DNA of 63,953 nt, the filler included, from Folioceros fuciformis (Eukaryota), in assembly GCA_049999805.1 (NCBI GenBank). It is 5 parts of 4 records of this genome, joined end to end, with 100 filler letters (N's around TTAATTAATTAA, not from the genome) between each part and the next. Parts side by side here need not be neighbours in the genome. Positions count along the whole stretch, not along the records: positions 11,210 to 32,484 come from JBNGIO010006418.1; 4 more parts are not named here. One strand, 5' to 3'. Each line of letters starts with the position of its first letter. Positions within the stretch are counted from its first letter, which is position 1. Under the pieces are notes generated by a model that was given only the letters and a program-made list of their open reading frames with translations, searched no databases and had not been told where the DNA came from. The translations under genes and the position numbers were made by a program. This document shows, one piece after another, positions 11,726 to 21,874 of the stretch.

Positions 11726-14700
11726 CTAGGGCTGAGAAACGGGGCAGGCCTGTATGCCCATGGCTTCCATATGCTGCTGATGTTTGTTAGCAGGCAGATA
11801 CTTCGTCAGAAGATCTGCCGTGTTTAAGTCAGTGAAGACATACTGAATTTTCACCTGCTGCTGCTCCACAGAGTGCCTGATAAAATGGTGATGGACTTCA
11901 ATATGTTTTGTCCGAGCGTGAAACCTGGGATTCGCAGTCATGGCGATGGTGGACATGTTGTCACAGAAAATCGGAGTCGGTTGGAGTTGGGGATAGCCAA
12001 GGCCTGCGAGAAAGCAACGCTCCCATATGGCCTCCTTAGCACCCTCTGTCAGTGCTTTGTATTCGGCCTCCGTGGAGCACAAAGCAACAGAGGCTTGCTT
12101 TTTGGAGCTCCAGTGAATGGCGGCATCATTCAAAGTAAAACAGTAGGCTGATATGCTTCGTCGACCGTCTGGGTCTGTGGCCCAATCAGCGTCAGCATAC
12201 CCACACAAGGTAGGCTCTTTGGATCGCCCCCGGAAGCATAAGCCGTGTGTCATAGTACCCTTCAAATACCGCAGTACTCGTTTAACAGCATGCCAGTGAG
12301 CCTGTCCAGGATTATCAAGGAATTGGGAAACAGAGCTCACTGCGTATTGAATATCTGGTCGAGTCCAACAGCTAATATAGTTGAGACAGCCGACAGCATG
12401 GCGGTAAGGAACATGAACCATAGCCTGTCGCTCTTCATCAGTCTGTGGACATTGATCTATAGAAAGTTTCATGCCCGCAATTCCTGGAGTGGGTGCAGGC
12501 TTGGCAGTATCAAGGTGAAACCGATGCAAGGTTTCAGCAATATACTTAGCCTGGTGCAACATGAGAGTACCAGCATCTAGGTTACGTACAAGTTGCACGC
12601 CAAGAACAAAAGTGAGTGCTCCAATGTCCTTCATATCGAATTTCTGGTGCAACATGTCCTTGACCCAGGAGAGGAGACCTGCATCGTTGGAGGCCAAAAT
12701 GGCATCATCAACGTAGAGGGCGAGAATAACGAGCTTCCCGTCCTTGAGGTAAAAGTAGACATTGGCATCACCAGGATTCTGGATGAAGCCAATGGACTTT
12801 AGGTACTTGTCGATTGTCTTATACCACTCACGGGCTGACTGTTTCAAGCCGTAGATAGTTTTCTTGAGGTGACAAACCCAATCTGGATGCGCTGGGTCAA
12901 CAAAACCTTCAGGCTGTGACATGTAGATGTCTTCTTCCAATTCCCCATAAAGAAAAGCGGTGCATACGTCCATCTGCTGAAGATCCCAGGCATTAGCAGC
13001 AGCTAGGGCTAAGATCATGCGGATGGACTGAGTTTTCACAACAGGGCTGAAGGTGTCCGTATAATCTATGCCGGGTACTTGGGTAAAACCCCTGGCAACC
13101 AGCCGAGACTTGTATCTGGAAATTTCACCCTGAGCATTCAGTTTATGCTTGAAAACCCATTTACAACTAACCACCTTTCGACCCTTAGGCAGAGGACACA
13201 ATTCCCACGTCTGATTCTTAAGCAGCGACTCATACTCATCCTTGATAGAAGGGATCCAGTGCTCCTTGTCAGCTCCAGTGATAGCCTCCTGGTATGTTTT
13301 GGGTTCGGGCTTAGCGTAGTGAGGACTAATCATGGAGGACCTAGAAGAAGGGATAGTAACCCCAGCACGAGGACGTCTGAAATCAATGGAAGAATAAGGA
13401 GGTTCTACCCACTGAGCAGGTGAGTTCCTCTGACGCTGAGGATACCGGCGTTCTTCAGAGGGTTCTGCAGGTTGATCCTCTTCAACTTCAGTATGAGAGA
13501 CATGCTCCAGGATAGGGACATCTAACGCTGAATCAGCAGAGTGAACAGAAAAATGGTCTTCATCGGAATCAGACCTAGCCTCTTCCAAGGCTGCGGGATG
13601 ATCTTGAAACCCTACAGTAGCCTCTCCCATGATGGAAGGAAAAGGGCCAGGATCCTCTTGAGCAGGTGGATCTCCTTGCACGGCAGGATCAGGAACAAGT
13701 ACTGCTGGAACTGAATTATCTATCTGCTGAGGAGGATCACCTGGTGTAGGGTTCTGAACAACCTCTGGCACTCGCTCGAAAAGGATATCAGGTATGTCAT
13801 CCTGTGGGAAATCTGTGGAATCATCCATGTCTGTAAGATCTACGTGAGTAACAGTCTCACGATTGTCAGGCAAGTGCTCAAAATATGGCTTGGCAGGGCA
13901 CACAAGCTCTTTGAAGGTCACACTCCTTGCAAACACCGCCATGTGTGTAAGTGGATCCAACAATTTGTAAGCTTTCACCTCCTCGCCATATCCAACAAAA
14001 ATAAGTGGACGAGCTCGATCTTCTAACTTCTTTCTCTTCTCTGCAGGGATATATGCGTATGCTGGAGAACCAAAGACCCGTAAGTGCAGCAAGCTGGGCT
14101 TCCTGCGCCAAATCACCTCAAATGGAGTCTTGCTGTCCACAGCACTTGTCAGAAGTCTGTTGAGGATGTAAGTCGCCGTAACTACTGCCTCTGCCCAGAA
14201 AGCTTTGCTCAGCCCAGACCACTCTAACATACTCCTCGTCATGCCCAGCAGTGTCTGATTGCGGCGTTCAGCAACGCCATTCTGCTGCTGGGTATAAGGA
14301 ACAATAAGTTGGCGAACAACACCATGCTCAAGCAAGAAGTTGTTGAAGTGAGCATGTGTGAACTCCGTTCCATTGTCAGTTCGTAACTGTTGAAGCAAGC
14401 ATCCAGTCTGCCTCTGTACCATGACGAACCATTCCTTGAAGACCTCGAAAGTATCAGACTTCAAGCGAAGAGGGTAAGTCCAGGAGTAGCGACTATAATC
14501 ATCAGTAAGTGTAAGGTAATAAAGCGCTCCACCCAGAGAGGGAATATGGATCTTGCCTGAAATATCTGCATGCACTAACTCAAGGATCTGGGATGCACGG
14601 TGAGCAACTGATTTTGGAAAGGGGACTTCTTTTTGCTTAGCTATAACACATGCATCACAAAGTGGTAAGTCCTTGAAACATTTGGGAAGAGGCTCTCTAT

Positions 14701-16249
14701 AGCAACTTAGGTTAGACATTTTAACCAGCTTGTCTCTATTAGCATGTCCCAATCGAGCATGCCACAAACTAGCTTGGGCAGACTGTGAGGACTGAACAGC
14801 GTGCACGGATTCTGGAGGAAGACAGGTGAGGTCTAGCTGATATAGGTCATGAGTAAGATGTCCCTTTGCTACGACCTTGTTTTCTCCCCCTCGCTTCTTA
14901 AGTTCACAACTGTGAGAAGTGAAGAGGAGGTCGTATTGACGCAAAGACATCAACTGACTGACGGAAATAAGGTGTTTTGCCATAAGTGGAACGTGCAGGA
15001 CATTATCTAAATGGAGGATAGAGCCATCATGCAGACGGAAACGGCATGTGCCTGAGCCAGCAATAAGAAGACCTGTACGTGTAAGTTCATCCCCCAACAG
15101 GACCTTATCAGAAGTTTGAGAAGGTCGGTAATGACTGAACAATCGCCTATCATTGCAGATGTGCGAAGTGGCACCTGAATCTAGGTACCAACTGTGGGGA
15201 GAGGAAGGGACTGAGGAAGAGGAATAGCAAACCGTCATCACAACAGGAGGTTTGTGAGAAGTCGAAGGTGCCTTTGCAACAGAGTTTGCTTCAGCTTGCT
15301 TAGGTTTCTCGACTTTACGTGCTTCACCAGCCTTCTTTTTTCTACAGTCACGCTCCCAATGCCCTTGAATCCCGCACCAGTTACAGGACCCAGTGCGTTT
15401 GGTGGAAGAAGGGACAGAAGAGCCGGAGCCGGAGGTAGACTTTCCTTTCTGTCCACCCATGTGTTTTTGTCCTCTCGTATAAAGAACTTTGTCAGTCTTA
15501 ATTTTTCCACCATGATATGTGGAGTGCAGTCTGCTCTGCTCCTCCTGTAAAAGGGCCCCAATCACGTCAACAAGACTGATCTGAGGTGCCTTGCCTGCAG
15601 CCACAGCCTTGTCTGCAGCACGAATGGATGCTCCGAAACCAGAAACGAACGTCTGATAACTCGGAGGTAAACAAGTAAGGAGCTGGGCAACCGCGTCCAG
15701 CTCAGGGAACTGAGACCCAAGATTTAAAAGTTGAGCCCTCAGTTGTCAAAATTTAATGACGAAAGGTCCCACCTTCTCGCCTTCTTTCAGCCTCATAGAG
15801 AACAACTCTCCTCGGATGGAACACTGAGTAAGGATGTTTTTGGCCTCGTACGTCTGCAATAACTGATTCCAGATCTCGTTGGAATCTTGTAGGTAAGCTA
15901 CATCAGGCAGGAGTACTTCGTCCAGGCCACTAATCAACACTGCACGAGCAACGTGATTCAGGTTATCCCACTTTTCAATTTCATCCGCTGGAGCAGTTGA
16001 TGCTGGTTTAGGAATGGAGCCGCTAACGATGCCCCACACGTGCCGCGCCTGCAGAGCAGCTGTCATGCGAACACGCCATCCATGAAATTTCGTGCCATTA
16101 AAGCGGTCTTTCTCCTTAAACTCCATGGAGAAAGACGGTGCTGGAATCACAGGCACCGGTGGGAGAGGTAAGGCAACCACTCCTCCCCCTCCACCTCCTG
16201 CGCCTCCTCCTCCTCCCCCTCCACTTCCGCCTCCTACCCCTGTGGCCAT
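11726..16249 (-). CDS. copia-2 Gag-Pol, one reading frame interrupted only by a TGA at 15746-15748
   Basis: ORFs 15746-16249 and 11726-15604 are in frame; KF*QLRAQL versus KFRHLRAQL in copia-1; all catalytic motifs present. Confidence 0.94.
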
Positions 16250-16574
16250 GCTTACCTGCTTTGTGAAGAAAGGCTAATCCGGGTGATCAGGCCGGAACAG
16301 GTTCTTCTTCAAAAAGTGGGTCAAGATGGCTGAAGGGTGGCGCAACAAGCCAGGATTCACAACAAGGGAAAGGCGAAGTGAAAAGGTAAGGGGAGGGTAG
16401 TCAGGTGGCAACCGACATAACTCGCCGCTTCAGAAAGGGACGCTAAGCAAAGTCCCGACGCTTCGCTGCAGGTTGGGAGCGACGCAGGCGACCGGGAAAG
16501 GACACATCGGGCGCAGACATCGACACTCCAGTGAGAAGAATCGACGATGCCACGCAAGCTGATGACGCGCCCCC

Positions 16575-17069
16575 TCAACGAGCAGATGGCGACGATCGAA
16601 ATCTCGATTGCTCGCGCACCGGGGCCAGGGAATGTAGCAACTCTGTTGCAGACAAAAATGGGCTGGTGTCGGAGCCAGCTTGCCGCCGCAAATCTGTCAC
16701 CAAGGCTGTAAGTTTTCGAACATCCTCTTCCAGCGATGTCAGATTGCGCAGGAACAGATCGATTGCTGCTAAGGCTTCCTGGTGTCGGGCGGTGCGAACC
16801 TCGCCTTGCCGAGAGAGGACGGTAAGAAGAACTGTTTCCGTCGTAGAATGGCGTTGATTAAGCGCCCCGTACGCTCCGATGATTTCTGGTAAATCGGGGG
16901 CTCGGAGAATGTCCTCCTGCTCCTCTCCCGTGTGATATGCAAGCCCAGCCCTGTAATTTCTGCAAATCACAGGATTGCTGGGAGCTCTATCGGCCTGATC
17001 CCGCGCTCTGTTCTGGTGACAGGTTGGAAGGGATGAATGCTCGACACGAGATCGTCCCCGTCGAGGCAT
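16575..17069 (-). CDS. Leader ORF (164 aa, coiled coil) upstream of copia-2 gag
   Basis: Uninterrupted ATG ORF between PBS and gag; heptads LTSLEEDVRKLTALVTDLRRQ. Confidence 0.55.
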   Translation of the reverse strand: MPRRGRSRVEHSSLPTCHQNRARDQADRAPSNPVICRNYRAGLAYHTGEEQEDILRAPDLPEIIGAYGALNQRHSTTETVLLTVLSRQGEVRTARHQEALAAIDLFLRNLTSLEEDVRKLTALVTDLRRQAGSDTSPFLSATELLHSLAPVREQSRFRSSPSAR

Positions 17070-17360
17070 CTTCAGCCCGCTTTAGAGTAGACAAATCTGC
17101 TGCTTCATAGCAGCCAGATCCGCGCAGCGGAAATCTTGCATTCGCATTTTCTATTTGTAATGTCTTGATCAGGAAAACATCACTGATGCTGATATGTGGG
17201 TAGGGGAGAAGGAAAAATTGGACACAAGACCCAGGAGTCACACATCTGTGGCTACTGAATTTTGTGTCAAATGTTTCCGTCTTTCTACATGCATGTGCAG
17301 CACCAGACTAGGTTACTTACAACTATAGAAATATGCAATATCTATGCATCAAAGCACTGA

Positions 17361-17372
17361 GCTCTGATACCA
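17361..17372 (-). promoter_or_regulatory. Primer-binding site, tRNA-iMet (TGGTATCAGAGC)
   Basis: Canonical sequence abutting the LTR. Confidence 0.95.
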
Positions 17373-17574
17373 TGTTGAGGAACCAGATGCCAATGCGCAC
17401 GAGAGTGCTCAGAATAAATATTGACATAATTACATTGATACCCAAAAGGGTCTTATATACAAAACTGTCCAAAAGACATGACTTTCCATATAACCTAAAA
17501 TCATGTAAACAACTAGTGACTATTCAGGTGCTTCGTTTATAAGCGAGAACCCTAATGGGGTTTCACTCCTAACA
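17373..17574 (-). repeat. 5' LTR of copia-2 (202 bp)
   Basis: TGTT...AACA termini, adjacent PBS, match to the 3' LTR remnant. Confidence 0.92.
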
Positions 17575-17690
17575 AGCTTCCTCGGTATCATCTTGAGAGA
17601 CGTGAGGGACCTCCTCTAAGCCTATGAGGGCCCAAGCCGCCACTTCCACACCAGCGCTGAAGCCCCGTGAAGGAAACAAAAACCCTGACC

Positions 17691-19509
17691 ATGGCCACAG
17701 GTGGTGGCGCCGCAAACCCTATCAACCAACACTTTGCTAACCTTCAGATTGAAATCAAGGAAAAGGATAGGTTTACGGGAGTAGACTACGATGTCTGGGC
17801 TACCTGGATGCAAGGACATCTTGAAGACGCTGACCTTTGGACAATAGTCGATGGGTCGATGCCTTGCCCTGCAAATGGAACCCCGGCCTACGATCAGTGG
17901 ATAAAATCGGACAGAAGAGCCCGCAACCTCCTAATCGCTGGCCTTGACAAAGACATGGTTCACCACATCTTCGGCGCCCTAACCATACAAGCCATCTGGG
18001 AACGCTTCACCCAAATGTTCGAAGCCACCGATGCTCAACACTCTGCTACTGCCACACGAAATTTCCACAACCTTAAACATAAGGACGAGGAAAGCATCCA
18101 GGCACATCTTAGCACCTTTCGTACACTGAGAGCAAGACTGGCCTCCTGCGGGACTACCCTAACAGAGGATCAGGTGGCCATAGTGCTCACCTTACACAGT
18201 AGAGACCGCCAACAATCCTGATTACCACGCTGACCACCACTACAGGAAGCTGTTCCTCCTGGTATTTGGACAGCGGTGCATCAGCTCATGTTTGTAAAGA
18301 CCGCAATTGCTTCAGCACCTATCATACTCTACATGGAGGAGGATCGATTTATGTGGCTGATAATAGGTCTGTAGAAGTAATAGGCACTGGTACAGTTATA
18401 CTGTAGTGAAGGACTGGAGGCACAATATCACTGTCAGACATGCTCTATGTGCCAAAGGTCACTAAGAACCTGGTGTTCGTGAGCACTCTAACGGATGACA
18501 AGCAGTACGAGATTCACTTCAAGGCCCGCAAATGCGAGATTTGTCCCCATGATAATCCCACTGACATTACATGTCACGGATCAAAGGAAGACAGGCTCTA
18601 CCTCTTAGAAGCCTCCCCTCTCCTAGGATCAGCTCATCTAGCTCGGACCTCTACATAGGTAGAGATAACCAAGCTCTGGCACCTACATCTAGGTCACCCT
18701 AGCTTGAGGTGTATCAAAGAAATGAAAGCTAGCCAGCTTTATGCTGAACCCCTTCCGGACTTCAGCGATAATCTGTTCTGTGAAGGCTGCCTGCTAGGAA
18801 AAAGTAAGGAAGCGTCATACCCATGTGCTTCCCCTCACCGTGCCACCGAGCTACTTGAGCTGGTGCACATTGATCTTTGTGGACCCATGTCCACACATTC
18901 GTTTGGAGGAGCTTCCTACTTTATGCCTATCATCGACGACAAGTCTCGTATGATCCACACCTATTTTCTAGGGCTCAAGAGTGAAGCCTTCACCAAGTTC
19001 AAGGAGTTCCATGCTATGGCTAAACTTCAGACCGGCTGCAAGCTCAAGTGTGTACGCTTGGATGGAGGAGGGGAATTCCTCTCTAGAGAATTTAATTCCT
19101 ACCTTACTGAACGAGGCATCACTCGACAAGTCACCGTCCCCTACACCCATGCGCAAAATGGTGTTGCAGAGAATTGCAACCGAAGGCTCCAGGAGATGGC
19201 CAGGGCCATGCTCTCACATGCCACTTTGTCACGTGGTTACTAGGCTGAGGCTGTCTCTACCGCAACCCACTTGTTAAACCGGCTGCCTACCTCTGCTCTT
19301 CCGAATCAGACCCCCTTTGAGGCCCGGACCGGACACAGGCCCTCCCTCTCCCATCTTCGGATTTTCGGGACTGATGCTTATGCATGGATTCCCAAGGAGA
19401 AACGTCACCAGCTCCACGATCACAAGATTGGAAAATTCGACGCCTGAGCACAGAAGCTGATATTTGTTGGATACATCGATGATGTGAAAGGTTACAAACT
19501 TGTCCACCC
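17691..19509 (+). pseudogene. copia-3 gag (C-terminal part deleted), protease and integrase
   Basis: KEKDRF, WYLDSGASAH, ELVHIDLCGP, DGGGEF, QNGVAE; stops and deletions. Confidence 0.88.
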
Positions 19510-19534
19510 TGATGAAAATCAAACTTGTCCACCC

Positions 19535-19819
19535 TCATGAAAATCACGCCTTGCTCTTAGATGCAAAAGATAGAATGCAATGAATTAAAGAGAAAAGTAC
19601 AAGCCTTTATATAGGCTAGGTGGTTGAGGTTGTTAGGTGGTTACAACTATAAGTAGTTGTAACCATAAGTAGTTATAACCATAAGTAGTTATAACTAATA
19701 TAACAACTAACTACATAGAGCAACTAAATAGGTAACTACCTAATGCCCTAGATGATAATATAATGTTTAAAGTGATGTAGCCCTAATGAATAGTGCCATA
19801 AACTAGATATATTTCATCA
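19535..19819 (-). repeat. 3' LTR of copia-4 (~285 bp) with internal 16-bp tandem repeats
   Basis: Direct repeat of 27139-27422; ATAAGTAGTT(G/A)TAAC(C/T) x3. Confidence 0.95.
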
Positions 19820-20263
19820 CTCCCACTCACTATGAATGTAGGGGTGAAAACTAGCTTCAAAATGAGTCTACCTAGGCTGGTAGACTCCCACTAGATCAAA
19901 AGATATTACCCAAGTAAAATTGAGAACCTGGAAAAAACTAATATAGCCAAAACCTTGCGCAATTGTTGTTGTGGTTTGGTGAGATGGCGTTGATGTACAA
20001 AGCTCCATCAAAACTCCGGAGTTAAGCACCCCGTACCGGGATGGGGGACTTGCCAGGAGTTTTGATAATAATAAAATTGTGAAGGTGTGCCTGGCTTATC
20101 CGTCCCCTGTCACTCGATTGGTGGGTGCGAGTGGCCAGTACGGCAATTGGCCGGCCGCTCCTGTTGTGGGCTATGAACTTCTCCCCCACGGGGAGAATGC
20201 GGATGCGGATTCCTTGCTCTACGTGCCTGCACATCTCGGGCGCTGATCCCGCCAGATGGTGTT

Positions 20264-20500
20264 CCATGCCGAGACCATCTCGTCGGCGCTGATGTCGCTG
20301 CGCCTGTACACTGCGCTCCATGCCGAGGTCATCCCGTCGGCGCTGATGCCGCTGCACCTGCACACGACGCTCCATGTCGAGGCCATCCCGTTGGCGTTGA
20401 TGCCGCTGCGCCTACACACGGCGCTCCAGGCCGAGGCCATCCCCTCGGCGCTCCAATCCAGCAACCGTCGGCACTCCAATCCAGCAACCCGTCGGTGCTC
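20264..20500 (+). repeat. 54-bp tandem repeat (~3.5 copies) followed by 23/24-bp repeats
   Basis: CCATGCCGAGGTCATCCCGTCGGCGCTGATGCCGCTGCACCTGCACACGACGCT-like units. Confidence 0.9.
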
Positions 20501-20650
20501 CACCTCAACGCTGGTTGGTGTCGGATTTTGCCGTTGGTGCTGATTGCTGACCTATTGTTTATTGTTATGTGTAGATTACAGGTGCGCTCCGGTGCGGGTG
20601 CTGTTGTGTGCCCCCCCGCACTCCATGCCGGAGGAATTACCGGAAAGAAT

Positions 20651-21765
20651 ATGGCCAGGAAAACATCGGCACGCTCTCTTAGCGTGGCTAAAAGAAGAAA
20701 AATGGCAGCAAGGCATGAAAGGGAGGCACTTAGCAAGGAGGCTGCCCGTGCTCGCATGTATTGGTACCGTGATGCCTTGCTGCGGGGTGATAATATCCCA
20801 AAACATAGGCCTGGTCATTTGATAGAGGATCCGAATTTTGATATTGATTTTCTTCAAGTATGTGCCAAATCCGCTAACATAGGTGAAGATATGGTCGATG
20901 AAGAGGAGGACTTGCTAATCATACAAGTCCATGTAGAGAACGTTGAAGTGGTGATGGAGGAGGTCGAACAGGCTGGTAAGAGAATAAGCCTAAAATAAAT
21001 TGTACCAATAGTATTATTGCATAATGCTAGCAAGTGATGTTTTTGTAGATGATCCTTGTCGGCAATTATCTCCCACTCATTCCAAAAGCAGAAACTCAAC
21101 AAGTGAAGACTCAAGAGTCGTGTCACAATATCCAGGATATGATAACTTCGATGTCGAAGAAGATGATACGTCAGAGGAGTCCTGGGGCACCATGAAGGAT
21201 AATGTGACCTCCCAGCCGGTTGTATGTGAGGGGAGCTCGAGCTGGAGATCGCACCCAAGTGCAAATAGCCCCCACCTTAAAGATGTGGAGGCTAGCAAAG
21301 GGAAGCCTCTTGTGAAAAAAGAGAACAATGGAAATGAGAAGAGTGAGTAGGAAAATAGGTAGGGGTACCTATATATGTAAGCTAAAAAGCTAGCATTTTT
21401 CCTAATAAAAATCTACTTCTATTGTAGGTGTAGATAAATGTGTAGGCACAAGCCATGTGAGGTTTGTCATACCACTACAAGTGACCCAAGGAAAAACAAG
21501 TACAAAAAGGAAAGTACTAACTTCCTATTTACCAACTGAGAATCTATTTAAGGCTACTTACATGATATTTCCAAGGGAACCAGATGACCATGAGGTTCCC
21601 ATGGAGTATGTATGTGACAAGAAAGGAATAAAAATGATATGGTTAGGTGCATCCCCATGTGAAGAATATGGAGAACATACTAAACACCTATATAGTAAGT
21701 GTCATAACCACTTAACTAAGTTATTCACATTATTTTTGTCACTTAACCAATGGACCTTGATGTAG
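20651..21765 (+). CDS. Putative 3-exon gene antisense within copia-4 (exons 20651-20975, 21049-21342, 21428-21765; 318 aa, unknown function)
   Basis: Introns GTAAGA..TTTTTGTAG (73 nt) and GTGAGT..ATTGTAG (85 nt) join three ORFs in frame with no internal stop. Confidence 0.6.
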
Positions 21766-21874
21766 GATCTTTTTGGGCATTAGAGAGAGAGAATAAGGAG
21801 TACAATGAAGACTACTTAGGGTTTAGGGTTTAGAAGCTGAACTTGAAATGCTAGATGATCTATGTGGTTTATAA

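Larger units (their letters stand above)
11210..17574 (-). mobile_element. Ty1/copia LTR retrotransposon (copia-2), near full length
   Basis: 5' LTR 17373-17574, PBS 17361-17372, gag-pol, PPT 11259-11270, 3' LTR remnant 11210-11258 matching the 5' LTR with 1 mismatch in 49 bp. Confidence 0.95.

Noticed and set aside
16560-16605. Hammerhead ribozyme core (CTGATGA...GAAA)
   Set aside because: No stem II or flanking helices pair as required
20264-20500. CRISPR-like array
   Set aside because: Head-to-tail tandem repeats without unique spacers, no cas genes, eukaryotic context
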